From the NCBI GenBank assembly GCA_963719315.1, contig CAVRBU010000001.1:32001-96000 (forward strand): a DNA stretch of 64,000 nt, in the 5' to 3' direction. The translations under genes and the position numbers were made by a program. The stretch is from an uncultured Planctomycetota bacterium. Lineage in GTDB: Bacteria > Planctomycetota > Planctomycetia > Pirellulales > Lacipirellulaceae. This document shows, piece by piece, positions 32,163 to 42,175 of the stretch (position 1 is the first letter of the stretch; every line of letters begins with the position of its first letter). The notes beneath the pieces are model-generated. The model worked only from the letters and a program-made list of their open reading frames with translations. It did no database searches and was not told where the DNA came from.

Positions 32163-32848
32163 TGGCATCCTCCTGGGACGTGCGAGGCTGGATCATTCAC
32201 GATTTCCAATAACCTCGTCGGCCAGTGCCTCTCAATCGACGCCTGGCCGACGATTCCTTCAATGGGCGTTCATCGCGAGGATTTGTCAATCTGAAAGTCC
32301 AAGGATTGACCGGCGGTTGAGCCAGGAATAGCTCAGGAAGTGAACCACTTCATCAGGCAAAAGATACACGGGGCGGCGGCATCGGCTGCAGAGTGTTGCG
32401 GCCTCTGCGGAGATAACTCTCACTTGCCGGATTGCAGATCTTGGCGGGAACACCGCCCCGTGTATGGGCCTTCCTTAGAATTTCATGATTCCGCAACAGC
32501 ACGCGGATAGCCATCTGAAACCAATGGTTCGTTCCTGCGAAGAGTGAGCAAATTGAGTGCCGATTCGCGCCATACGTGTTCGCCTGTGTCAGTGAGCCAC
32601 GTTTGCAGCTTTCTTGTAGCGGCAATACCTTCGACGATGCACGTGGATGCGTCACCTTGTACGCCAAGCGATCAACTTCTGCTAGCAAATCCTGATGCGG
32701 TCCGAAGTTACCCCCCGATTGTCGAGCTACGGCGGATGATTTCAATCGCGTCAGATTGACCAACAGGCGGTCAGCTAAATGTCCTGCTACGTCGGTCGCA
32801 AGTTCCGGATAGGCCATGATTTAACGCTCATTGCACGCGGCATCTTGG

Positions 32849-32863
32849 CGGTACGCGGTTTGC
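32849..32863 (+). promoter_or_regulatory. Putative sigma54 promoter
   Basis: CGGTACGCGGTTTGC (GG-N10-GC) upstream of 32952. Confidence 0.5.
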
Positions 32864-32951
32864 GGCCCTCAAATCGGGCCTGCGCAGTCGTGAGGCGCAC
32901 AAATTCAATCACGAAGGAAGCTTCAAACGGATCAAGAAACGGAACAAAGCC

Positions 32952-33626
32952 ATGTTTTCAGATTCCATCGTTCTAATCTCAGGGGCTAGTCTCAGCGATC
33001 GTGAAACCATACTGAAGGCACTCAGCGACCGATGCCATGTCATAGCTTCTCAGACGACCGAAGACGCCTTGGCGCACTTGGCAGATTCGGTCGATCTGGT
33101 TATCAGCGAGATCAAATCTCATCAATTCGATGGCCTCGAGTTCATGCGCCGCTGGAAGAGTCGGCAGCCGGAGACGCCATTTTTGATGGTCGTCGACCAA
33201 GTCGATACCGCGCTCGCCGTGGAAGCCATGAAGAATGGGGCCGCCGACTGCATCGTAAAGCCGATCGACTCGGATGAACTCCGCATGTCGGTGCAGCAGG
33301 TCTTCAATTCGACCCATCCGAATTCTAGGCCAGATTCTGCTTGGGATTCCCCAGGTGGGCCGCATCGCAAGCCGAGTATTGAAATCCCGCCGGATACGTC
33401 GCTCGAAGATCTAGAACGGGCGGCCGTTGAACAGGCTTTGATTCAGCATCAGGGCAATCGAACCCACGCAGCCCGCACGCTGGGAATATCCGTTCGCACA
33501 TTGCAGCGCAAGCTGAAGGCCTGGGGCCTGCCGATGATGTCTTATGCGAGCCCGGCCATGAATCATGGCTTCTTGTTATCGTCGCATGTGGAATCGGCCC
33601 ATGCGATCGGATCTCACGCTCACTGA
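32952..33626 (+). CDS. Atypical receiver + Fis-type HTH regulator lacking an AAA+ domain
   Basis: DLVISEIK, AVEAMKNGAADCIVKP; SLEDLERAAVEQAL...GNRTHAARTLGISVRTLQRKLK. Confidence 0.85.
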   Translation: MFSDSIVLISGASLSDRETILKALSDRCHVIASQTTEDALAHLADSVDLVISEIKSHQFDGLEFMRRWKSRQPETPFLMVVDQVDTALAVEAMKNGAADCIVKPIDSDELRMSVQQVFNSTHPNSRPDSAWDSPGGPHRKPSIEIPPDTSLEDLERAAVEQALIQHQGNRTHAARTLGISVRTLQRKLKAWGLPMMSYASPAMNHGFLLSSHVESAHAIGSHAH

Positions 33627-33635
33627 TCGGCATGA

Positions 33636-33758
33636 CTTGAGTTTGGGATTAGCCGCAGGGCGCTAGCCCACGGTTAGAGCGGCAACAACCGTGGGCTAGC
33701 GCCCTGCGGCTAATCTGTCAATCTGCCCATTTCCCAATCTTTGACATTGACAAAGCAC
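33636..33758. repeat. Degenerate inverted copy of family A element
   Basis: 29-bp perfect hairpin 33647-33715 matching 22426-22490, with remnant tgacaaagcac end. Confidence 0.78.
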
Positions 33759-33862
33759 CAAGCCAGAGCACGAAAAAGCTCGGCGGAGTTGAATCCTCCG
33801 CCGAGCCTTATCCAGTGATCGATTTGATGCACATCCCCGGAGGGACGTGCGCCGACCGTTGC

Positions 33863-34033
33863 TTAAGCAACCGGCGGACGCAACCGCGGAACGATCAGGC
33901 TGATGAGGAACAGCACCAGGAACACGAAAAACAATATCTGTGCGATAGAGCTTGCCGTGCCGGCGATGCCTCCGAACCCCAGTACCCCGGCGATCAATGC
34001 GATCACCAAGAATGTTATTGCCCAACTCAACAT
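33863..34033 (-). CDS. DUF1328 (YtjA/UPF0391) small membrane protein, 56 aa (not in the ORF track)
   Basis: [56 protein letters not shown]. Confidence 0.93.
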   Translation of the reverse strand: MLSWAITFLVIALIAGVLGFGGIAGTASSIAQILFFVFLVLFLISLIVPRLRPPVA

Positions 34034-34124
34034 GATTCACCCCTTCCCTTAATTGTGAGGTTGGTTGAAATGTCGCGGCAAAGCCGCGCCGGAAAACTTC
34101 AAGCATGACACAGGAAGAATTGTC

Positions 34125-34139
34125 GCAATGCGCGTGCCA
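34125..34139 (-). promoter_or_regulatory. Putative sigma54 promoter
   Basis: TGGCACGCGCATTGC, consensus-perfect, upstream of DUF1328. Confidence 0.72.
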
Positions 34140-34300
34140 AAAGATGCTAGACGCGGAAAAACGCCGTAGCATACCCTATTTCCGAGTGTCCTCAAGTGAA
34201 TGCCCTACGTACGCCAAAGTAAATACTCAATGAAGTGGCCACTCGCGAATCTTGCTGATCGCGAAAAGACCGCACCGGACATGCGCGACTTTGCCCCGCA

Positions 34301-34315
34301 CGGTATGGCGATTGC
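34301..34315 (+). promoter_or_regulatory. Putative sigma54 promoter
   Basis: CGGTATGGCGATTGC upstream of 34383. Confidence 0.5.
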
Positions 34316-34382
34316 ACAGCTATAACCCAAAACCAGCCGCTGATTGAACTCGGGCGGCACTCACTTCATAGGGGATTGAACC

Positions 34383-34634
34383 ATGCGCGCGTTACTCGTT
34401 TTGTTGGCGATCGTGCTACTCCTTTCGCTTATCGGCTGGATCACGTTCAGCAAATCCCCCGACAAGTCGAGCATCAATATCGAAACGAATCAGATTCGCA
34501 CCGACACGGACCGCGCACTGCAATCGAGCGCGGAGCTACTGCACAAAGCCGGCGATAAGATCGAGAAAGAAGCAGCTCCCCAGAATCAACAGGCGCCTCC
34601 CGTGCAGCACGAGACGACGCCTGTAAGACAGTAA
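34383..34634 (+). CDS. Small membrane-anchored/secreted hypothetical protein
   Basis: gggga RBS; MRALLVLLAIVLLLSLIGWITFS...SINIET..IR.DT. Confidence 0.75.
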   Translation: MRALLVLLAIVLLLSLIGWITFSKSPDKSSINIETNQIRTDTDRALQSSAELLHKAGDKIEKEAAPQNQQAPPVQHETTPVRQ

Positions 34635-34757
34635 ATGTTCTGTACTCTCGGCGGCGTGATCACTCGGCCGAAATCGATTTGAACTTGCTAAGTTGATTGT
34701 TTCAAAAACGCAACACAATGGGTCTGCATTGTTCAAGCGCCTCGCCGACGGTGCGTT

Positions 34758-36791
34758 TCAACGTCCCTCAGTCTCTCCCATCACGGCCAGCAGCGGCGTA
34801 TTGACGGCGTGGACACGCGTCGCATCCAAGATGCCGCGACATAGCGTGGCCATAGCATGGAACCGGCCGACATCAAGGACTTGAGATGCGGGTGGCAAGG
34901 TCGCCGTCGGATCCAATGCAAACTTGCCGTCGGCATCGACTCGCACGGCGACCAGACCATCGTCGTACCGCGCACCGTCGCCATTTGAAAACTGTTCATA
35001 GCAATAGAGCTGGCCGCTGATGCGACCTGTCAGAGACAGGCCGCTCGCTGTTCGTTCCAGAATAAACCCATCGTGCGGCGCACCGGCCTCGAACGCCCGC
35101 CGGCTGCCGTAGAAATTCGGCTTTTTCAAATACGGGCCGTCGTATTCCGGGCAGAACGTATCGCAGTTGCCACAGTGGTTGCAGTAATCGGCGAAGTTGG
35201 CGATCTGGTCAGCCTTTTCTAGCGCAAACTCGTGCTCCTCGCCTATGGGCACGATGCTGCCATCTGGCCGCACTTCCAAGTTGCGGTAAGTGAGCCGTAT
35301 CTCACCCGTGTGGTACGAAAAGTTGGCGTCGTTCGGACACACCGGGATGCACTTGTCGCACGTGATGCAATCGAACGTGACCAGATGTGAATCGATCTTC
35401 TTGGGCACGGCCCGATTCTGCGCGGCTCGGTATCGCGGATCGGCCTGCGTTTCGGCGACAACGATCGGCGTATTCAAGTAGCCGGCCTGCACTGGGTCGC
35501 CCTTCGCCGCTGCCCGCTGTCCGCGATAGTCGAGAACGAAATCGTCGATCGTTCGCGCGCCGACCTTCCGCATCTCTTTCTGCAAGTCGTGCAGGTACGG
35601 AGGCAACCGACCGTAGCCGCCCGTTTTGAGCAGGTCGGTGCACGTCGTGATGGGCACGATGCCGCATGCCACGAGGTTGGCGAAATTCTTGCGATCGACG
35701 CCGGCCGAGAACGAAATCGGAAATACTGCCCCCATCGCTTTGCGGAACTCCGCTACCAACGTGAGCGTGATCACGTGCAGCGGCGCCCCCGATAGGTACA
35801 TGATCTTTTCGCTCGGCTGGAAAAAGTCGCGATGGTTCTCTACTTCGAGCGTATTCGAAAACTTGGCCCCGAATTGCAGCCCGCGAGACGCCGCCAATTT
35901 CGTTAGCCGCTCGCAAATCGCCAGCGACTCGTCGAACTGCAGCCCGGACGTATACGCCTTCTCGTTGACGCGCAAATCGGTGTAACCCATCAAATCGTAA
36001 AGCAAATGCTCCAGCCGATCTTTTCCCAGCATCGGCGGGTTCATCTTCACGATCACGTGGACATCCAGCTCGGTGAGCAGGAACTCGCAAATCCGCTCGA
36101 TCTCCTCGGCCGGGCAACCGTGAAACGTCGAGAGCGTAATGCTGCGGCTCAGCGCGGTCGGAAAATCGAGCTCGCGCAGCGGACCGAGCCAGCGGGGAAT
36201 CTGGTCCCGCAACCGGTCCACGCTTTCGCGGGCATCGATCATGCCGCGAATGAAATTCACGACCTTGGGCGTTTGGATGCCGGCCAGATCGTAACCGATC
36301 GACATATCATAAATCGGCTCGCCACTCGTACCGGCCAGCGACACGTCGCCAAACGGATGGCCAAAAACCTCCGGAGCATGCCGCAACGTGTGAATCAGCA
36401 TCGCGCCTTGCACGTACTGATCGAGCGAATCGGCGACACGCAGCTCTTGTGACCACTCGACGTTGTAGCCCACATTCGTCGCATCAATGCAGGGCCGCGA
36501 AATCTTCAACTCATCGTTGACCTGTACGGTCTTAAGTTCCATGATCCGCCCGCCGGCGAGCCATGAAAGCACGAGATTCTGCGCCATCTGCGATTGCGGC
36601 CCCGAGGCGGGCCCCACCGCGTTGCCGGCCACCCGATCGTGAAACCGCACCGACAAATCGGGCGAGTCCGACTCGGTCGATGGCAAGAACCACTTCCGCG
36701 CCGGCAGATCAAAGATACTCTGCTGATTGCGAAACTCCAGCCGCATCCGCTGGATCATGTCGACAAACGGCGTGCAGAAAAGATCGACCAT
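34758..36791 (-). CDS. ygfK: YgfK-like flavin/4Fe-4S oxidoreductase, short form
   Basis: GPASGPQSQMAQN...GGRIMELKTVQ, RPCID..NVEWS, TLSTFHGCP..EIE.I, KFSNT, MYLSG, CDKCIPVCPN, CNHCGNCDTFCP. Confidence 0.85.
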   Translation of the reverse strand: MVDLFCTPFVDMIQRMRLEFRNQQSIFDLPARKWFLPSTESDSPDLSVRFHDRVAGNAVGPASGPQSQMAQNLVLSWLAGGRIMELKTVQVNDELKISRPCIDATNVGYNVEWSQELRVADSLDQYVQGAMLIHTLRHAPEVFGHPFGDVSLAGTSGEPIYDMSIGYDLAGIQTPKVVNFIRGMIDARESVDRLRDQIPRWLGPLRELDFPTALSRSITLSTFHGCPAEEIERICEFLLTELDVHVIVKMNPPMLGKDRLEHLLYDLMGYTDLRVNEKAYTSGLQFDESLAICERLTKLAASRGLQFGAKFSNTLEVENHRDFFQPSEKIMYLSGAPLHVITLTLVAEFRKAMGAVFPISFSAGVDRKNFANLVACGIVPITTCTDLLKTGGYGRLPPYLHDLQKEMRKVGARTIDDFVLDYRGQRAAAKGDPVQAGYLNTPIVVAETQADPRYRAAQNRAVPKKIDSHLVTFDCITCDKCIPVCPNDANFSYHTGEIRLTYRNLEVRPDGSIVPIGEEHEFALEKADQIANFADYCNHCGNCDTFCPEYDGPYLKKPNFYGSRRAFEAGAPHDGFILERTASGLSLTGRISGQLYCYEQFSNGDGARYDDGLVAVRVDADGKFALDPTATLPPASQVLDVGRFHAMATLCRGILDATRVHAVNTPLLAVMGETEGR

Positions 36792-36835
36792 GAAATACGT
36801 CTCAATTCCTGTTTTCACCAAGGCAGCACGACGAG

Positions 36836-36925
36836 AAAATACCAATGACCAATCCACAATAACCAATCGGTGAAAGCAACAATCAACCTTTGGCCATAGG
36901 TGCTTGGTCATTGGTCATTGTTCAT
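36836..36925. repeat. Degenerate heptamer (CCAATGA-like) inverted tandem repeats
   Basis: accaatgaccaat...ttggtcattggtcattg; similar blocks at 39630-39715 and 40760-40838. Confidence 0.55.
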
Positions 36926-37040
36926 CGTGCTCGTTGCCACGCCGTGGTTGATAATATTCATGATTATAACTTGGCCGCCAAGCTCTGGCTTGACGATGCC
37001 CAGCGGGATACATTCGGATATTCTGAAAGGTGAGTGCGAT

Positions 37041-38301
37041 ATGGCCGGCTGCGTGACAGAATTAACTTGTACCCACTGCGGCGCCTCGTACCCAGGCGTC
37101 AATCTCGCCACGGCCGAAGCCACCTGGATGGTCTGTCCCCATTGCGGCCCAGCCGTTGGCATTCTCGACATCGGCTACGATCTCGACCGCGTTCGTGCCG
37201 CCTGGGAGGCCAGGCCACTCGCCGACCGGCCGCTCGATCATTGGCGTTACGCCGAGCTGCTGCCGCTCGACGCCACGGCTATTCGCCACGATTGGCCCGT
37301 CGGTTGGACCCCAGTTCTCGACGCCTCCCGCCTGGCCCGTGAACTCGGCGTCCGTCAGATGTCTGCTCAAGGACGAGGGCCGCAATCCAACGGCCTCGTT
37401 CAAAGATCGGGCCAGCTCCGTCGGCGTGGCTCATGCCTTGCAGGTCGGCGCACAGTCGATCGCCTGCGCCTCGACCGGCAACGCGGCGAGCAGCCTCGCC
37501 GGCCACGCCGCGCTGGCCGGTATCCCCGCGTACATTTTCGTACCCGGTACCGCGCCGGAGCCCAAGGTTGCTCAATTGCAAGTCTTCGGCGCGACCGTAT
37601 TCGCCGTGAAGGCGTCGTATGATGCAGCTTACGACTTGTGCTCGCGGGCCTGCCACGAATTCGGCTGGTACAACCGCAATTGCGCAATCAATCCCGTTCT
37701 CGTGGAAGGCAAGAAAACGGCCGGCCTGGAAGTCGCCGAACAGTCGGCTGCCCTCGGCGGCGTCCCCGATTGGCTTGCCGTAAGCGTGGGTGATGGCTGC
37801 ACGATCGCCGGCATCTGGAAAGGCCTCCATCAAATGCACGAATTGGGAGTGATCGACCGACTCCCGCGTCTGCTGGCCGTTCAAGCTGCGCACGTTAATC
37901 CGATCGAGTATGCGCTCAAGCACGACGAGTTGCCGAAGGAAGGCGACGGGAAAACGATCGCCGATAGTATCGACGTCCACGTGCCGCGAAACTGGCGTAA
38001 GGCAGTACGCGCGATCCGCGAGGCCCACGGCATCGTCGTCACCGCCAGCGACGACGCCATCTTGGATGCGATGCGCCTGGCAGGTCGGCACGGCATATTC
38101 GCCGAGCCCGCCGCTGCTGCCGCCCTGGCCGGCGTCGTATCGGCAATCGAATCGAAAACGATAACTCCCAACGAACGCGTGTTGGTGATGATCACCGGCA
38201 GCGGCCTGAAAGACACGAAAAACGCCATCCGCGCCGGCGGCCGGCCGATCGAAATCGAACCCTCCGTGGCGGCCGTAGCTGCCCAGTTGCAAGAAAAGTA
38301 A
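37041..38301 (+). CDS. thrC: Threonine synthase-like PLP enzyme with N-terminal Zn ribbon, frameshifted
   Basis: CTHC...CPHC, GWTP, KDEGRNPTASFKDR, ASTGNAASS, EGKKT, AEPAAA, ITGSGLKD; shift ~37360. Confidence 0.82.
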
Positions 38302-38345
38302 ATCCCGCTTGCCGTGCGGAACGACGGCATTGTAGGGCGTGTCTT

Positions 38346-38467
38346 GGCGGTGTCCTAATTCGGCACCGTTCGGACCGGAACTATGTAGCACGGACTTCAG
38401 TCCGTACGAGAATCACGGACTGAAGTCCGTGCTACAAGGTTGTTGTGCCGCAAATTAGGACACCGCC
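38346..38467. mobile_element. Family B element (inverted copy) nested inside a different REP doublet
   Basis: 15-bp TIR ggcggtgtcctaatt; flanks gtagggcgtgtc and tgtctcggcggcctcgacacaccctac match the REP at 58924-58995. Confidence 0.8.
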
Positions 38468-38556
38468 TTTGTCTCGGCGGCCTCGACACACCCTACGGTT
38501 CTCTTTAAGCTTTTGGGTTTGCGAATACCATTTCCTGTTGGGAAAGAGTGAGCACG

Positions 38557-39588
38557 ATGGCAAACTTGAAAGGCAAAGACTACATCGAAACGCAGGACCT
38601 CAGCGATGCCGAGCTTGGCCTGCTTTTGGATACGGCGACCGAACTCAAGCAGAAGTATCATCGCGGCGAGCCCACGCTGCTCCTGCCGCATCAAACTGCG
38701 TTCCTATTGTTCTTCGACAAATCAACGCGCACCCGCAACGCCTTCGAAGCCGGCATGACGCAGCTCGGCGGTCACGCCCATTTTCTCGATTCCGACGCCA
38801 CCCAAATCAGTCACGGCGAAACGCCCGCAGACACCGGCAAGATTCTGGCCGCGATGGGCCACGGAATCTGCGTCCGGCACGATCTCGTGTTGAACGAGGG
38901 GAACACGTACATGCGCAAGATGGCCGCCGCCGCCAACGTGCCGATCATCAACATGCAATGCGATGTGGACCACCCCACGCAAACGCTGGCCGACATCATG
39001 ACCATCCGCGAGAAGTTCGGCACGAACTTGAAAGGCCTCAAGATCGCCGTGAGCTGGGCCTTTGCCCCATCCTACGCCAAGCCGCTGAGCGTGCCGCAGG
39101 GTCTCATCACTCTGATGACCCGCTTCGGCATGCACGTTTCGCTCGCCCACCCGCCGGGCTATAAGCTGATCGATCGCACCGTCGAGTCCGCAAAAACGAA
39201 CGCCTCGAAGAGCGGCGGCAGATTTGAAATCGTCGAAGACATGGACACCGCCTTTAAAGACGCCGACATCGTCTATCCCAAGAGTTGGGGCGTGTACGAT
39301 TTGATGCTCGCCCGGCAGCAGGCGAAAACCAAGGAGGAAGTCGCCGAAAACCAACAGGCGTGCCTCGCGATCAACGCCAAATATAAGAACTGGATCTGCG
39401 ACGAGAACCGGATGAAGCTCGCGAAGAAGTCGGCCGTCTACATGCACTGCCTGCCCGCCGACCGCGGCTCGGAAGTGACCGACGCCGTCATCGACGGCCC
39501 GCAATCGATCGTCTTCCCAGAAGCCGAAAACCGCCTCCACACGGCCAAGGCAATCATGGCCTGCACGATGCGCGAACGACCGTTCTAA
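38557..39588 (+). CDS. ygeW: YgeW-like (knotted) carbamoyltransferase
   Basis: STRTR, HGET, NMQCDVDHPTQ, WAFAPSYAKPLSVPQG, YPKSW, MHCLPAD. Confidence 0.85.
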   Translation: MANLKGKDYIETQDLSDAELGLLLDTATELKQKYHRGEPTLLLPHQTAFLLFFDKSTRTRNAFEAGMTQLGGHAHFLDSDATQISHGETPADTGKILAAMGHGICVRHDLVLNEGNTYMRKMAAAANVPIINMQCDVDHPTQTLADIMTIREKFGTNLKGLKIAVSWAFAPSYAKPLSVPQGLITLMTRFGMHVSLAHPPGYKLIDRTVESAKTNASKSGGRFEIVEDMDTAFKDADIVYPKSWGVYDLMLARQQAKTKEEVAENQQACLAINAKYKNWICDENRMKLAKKSAVYMHCLPADRGSEVTDAVIDGPQSIVFPEAENRLHTAKAIMACTMRERPF

Positions 39589-39597
39589 TGCAAACAT

Positions 39598-39752
39598 AAC
39601 CACGGAGGCTCGGAGGACACAGAGAATCCAATTTGGTCATTGCAATTCTGTAGCTTGACATCGAACATTGTTCGAATTGGCCAATTTCGAATGACAAATT
39701 GCCAATGACCAATTATTTCTTGCTGCTCCGTGCCCTCCGTGCCTCCGTGGTT
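39598..39752. repeat. AACCACGGAGGCACGGAG 9-mer-periodic inverted repeat
   Basis: Inverted arms 39598-39624 and 39726-39752; family also at 40724 and 42176-42245. Confidence 0.75.
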
Positions 39753-39759
39753 TATTACT

Positions 39760-40740
39760 ATGTCCGAAGTCCGTAACAAACTCGTCGTCGCCCTCGGCGG
39801 AAACGCCATCAGCGCGCCCGGCCGCGAGGGCACGATCGACGAGCAGTTCGCGCAAGTGAGCGAAACGGCGGAGGTGCTGTGCGACGCCATTGAGCGCGGC
39901 TACCAACTCATTGTCACGCATGGCAACGGACCACAGGTGGGCAACGTCCTGCGGCGCGTCGAATTGGCTCGTAGCGAGCTGTACCCCATACCGCTCGAAG
40001 TGTGCGTCGCCGACACGCAAGCCGGCATGGGCTACATGATTGCCCAGTGCATGTCGAACGCAATGAATGCGCGAAATCTTACTTGCGATGTCACGGCCAT
40101 CGTTACCACGGTCCTAGTCGATGCCGACGATCCGGCGTTCCAAAAAGCGGATAAAGCCATCGGCCCTGGTTTGACGCCCGCCCAAGCCGAGTCGCACCGC
40201 ACAAAGGACGGCTGGCAGGTGCGCGACGAAGGCGGCGGCCGCTTCCGGCGGGTCGTCCCGTCGCCGTTGCCGCGGAAAATCATCGAGACGCCGGCAATCG
40301 AGCGCCTCGTCAACGCCGGGCAGATCGTGGTCTGTTGCGGCGGCGGTGGAATTCCGGTCGCCGTCGACTCCCTCGGCCGAGTCCGCGGCGTGGCCGCCGT
40401 AATCGACAAGGATCGCACCACCGGGCTCCTGGCTCGTCACCTCGAAGCGCCCACGCTCGTGATCCTCACTGCCGTTGAATTCGCCTATATCAATTTCGGC
40501 AAAGCGGACGAACGCAGGCTGGAAAAGCTTTCAGCCGATGAAGCACAAGCACACTTGAACGCCGGCGAATTCGGCGCCGGTTCAATGCGCCCCAAGATCG
40601 AAACGGCGATCGACTTTGTCCGTCATTCTCCCCACGCCGACGCCACGGCCATCATCGCCCACGTCAACCACTTCGCCGCCGCCCTCGATGGCAAAAGCGG
40701 CACGCGTATTGTACGCGGAAAGCAACCACGGAGGCACTGA
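39760..40740 (+). CDS. arcC: Carbamate kinase (ArcC/YqeA)
   Basis: VVALGGNA, THGNGPQVG, RRVVPSP, GGGGIPV, AVIDKD, GSMRPK. Confidence 0.95.
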   Translation: MSEVRNKLVVALGGNAISAPGREGTIDEQFAQVSETAEVLCDAIERGYQLIVTHGNGPQVGNVLRRVELARSELYPIPLEVCVADTQAGMGYMIAQCMSNAMNARNLTCDVTAIVTTVLVDADDPAFQKADKAIGPGLTPAQAESHRTKDGWQVRDEGGGRFRRVVPSPLPRKIIETPAIERLVNAGQIVVCCGGGGIPVAVDSLGRVRGVAAVIDKDRTTGLLARHLEAPTLVILTAVEFAYINFGKADERRLEKLSADEAQAHLNAGEFGAGSMRPKIETAIDFVRHSPHADATAIIAHVNHFAAALDGKSGTRIVRGKQPRRH

Positions 40741-40846
40741 GTTCACCGAGGAGAAAGAATGAATTGCAAATTGCAAAATGAGAATTGAATAATGCAAATT
40801 GCAGAGTCAGCAATTTGCATTTTGCATTTTATCAATTTCCGTGCAT

Positions 40847-42164
40847 TCAAAGCGCCGCCATCCGCCCCCACAATCCCCGCGCCACCTCTACCGACCGTGC
40901 CCGAATCGCCGCCTCATCACACGTGACGACGTGTCCCTTCCGCAGCAGCCACCAACCGGCGACCATCACGTCCCGTACATATTCGGGCCCCATCGCGAAG
41001 AGAAAATGGCCAGCGAGATTGTCGGAGGTGAGCGGCGTCGCCGGGCGATAGTTCGTGAGCACCAGATCAGCCGCCGCGCCCGTTTCTAGAACTCCCAGTT
41101 TTACTCCCAAACATCGTGAAGCGAACTCGCGCCGACTCGCCGAGCATTTTCAACGACACACCAAACGACAGCAACAGCCCCGCGTCGTGGCTTTTGAACT
41201 CGGCCACGCGGGCCTCGCGCCACATATCGGCCCCAATGCCGTCGGTGCCAAGCTGCGGCGGTTTCGCGAGCTTCGCGACAGGTGTGTATCCCACGCCGTT
41301 GTTCATGTTCGACGATGGATTATGGGCCAGCGAAACAAATTCTCGACGATTGCCCAAATCGCTGAAATCGTCGTCCGACAAATGCGTCCCGTGGGCCAGA
41401 ATTGTTCCGGCTACGTCGAGAAGCCCGAATCGGTTGAAGCGTTCGATGAGCCCGCTGCCAAACTTCTCTCGCGTTATTCTCTCATCGACCGGGTCTTCCG
41501 CCACGTGAATGTGAACACCTATGCCAAGTCGCTTTGCCAGTTCGACGCAGCCGGCCAATGAATCGTCGCTCATCGTGAAGCTGGCGTGCGCACCGACCAT
41601 CGCGGCGAACATCCGGCCGCCTCGTTCCTGGCATGCACGAATATACCGCTCATTCTCTGCCAGGCCCTCGCGCCCTTCCGTCGGTCGATTGCGATCCGTG
41701 ACCTCGTAACACAGCACGCCCCGGCAACCGAAGGCGGCGATGCCATTTTCCAGCGCCGTGAGGCTGCCCTCGATCGAACTCGGCGAAGCATGATGATCGA
41801 TCAGCGTCGTCGTGCCGCAGCGCAGCGCGGCCAAGGCGCCAATTTGGCCGCTGACTTCGACGCTCAACAAATCGTGCGCCCGATCCAGCCGCCACCAGAT
41901 GAGTTGCAGGATCTCATGAAAGTTTCGCGGCTGCCGCGGCGGAGCCGGCATCCCGGCCGCGAGCGCGGAATAGAGATGCGTGTGCCCGTTCACGAGACCG
42001 GGCATGAGGACAGCGCCGCCGCAATCAACGATTTCATCACCGGCCGCCGGAGCAACATCGCCTCCGACAGCTACGATCACCCCATCCGCCGTACGCAGGT
42101 TGCCGCTTTCAACCCGCGGGGGATCGAGCTGAACGAGCAGCGCATCGCGAAAGAATGTGGTCAT
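40847..42164 (-). CDS. ssnA: SsnA-like amidohydrolase, frameshifted near the C-terminus
   Basis: PGLVNGHTHLYS, IWWRLD, TTLIDHHASP, GAHASFT, HIHVAE, HNPSSNMNNGVG, LGTDG, ADLV..Y..TPL; shift ~41128. Confidence 0.88.
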
Positions 42165-42175
42165 ACGGAAGGATT

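Noticed and set aside
32163..32950. Hidden gene in the 0.8-kb gap (ORF 32353-32817)
   Set aside because: No RBS or motif support; more likely a regulatory region
34758..36791. True selenate reductase or selenoprotein recoding
   Set aside because: The name is a legacy label for YgfK; no in-frame TGA readthrough is needed in any cluster gene
38557..40740. Arginine deiminase pathway (arcB-arcC)
   Set aside because: The transcarbamylase has YgeW-specific motifs and no arcA or arcD is nearby
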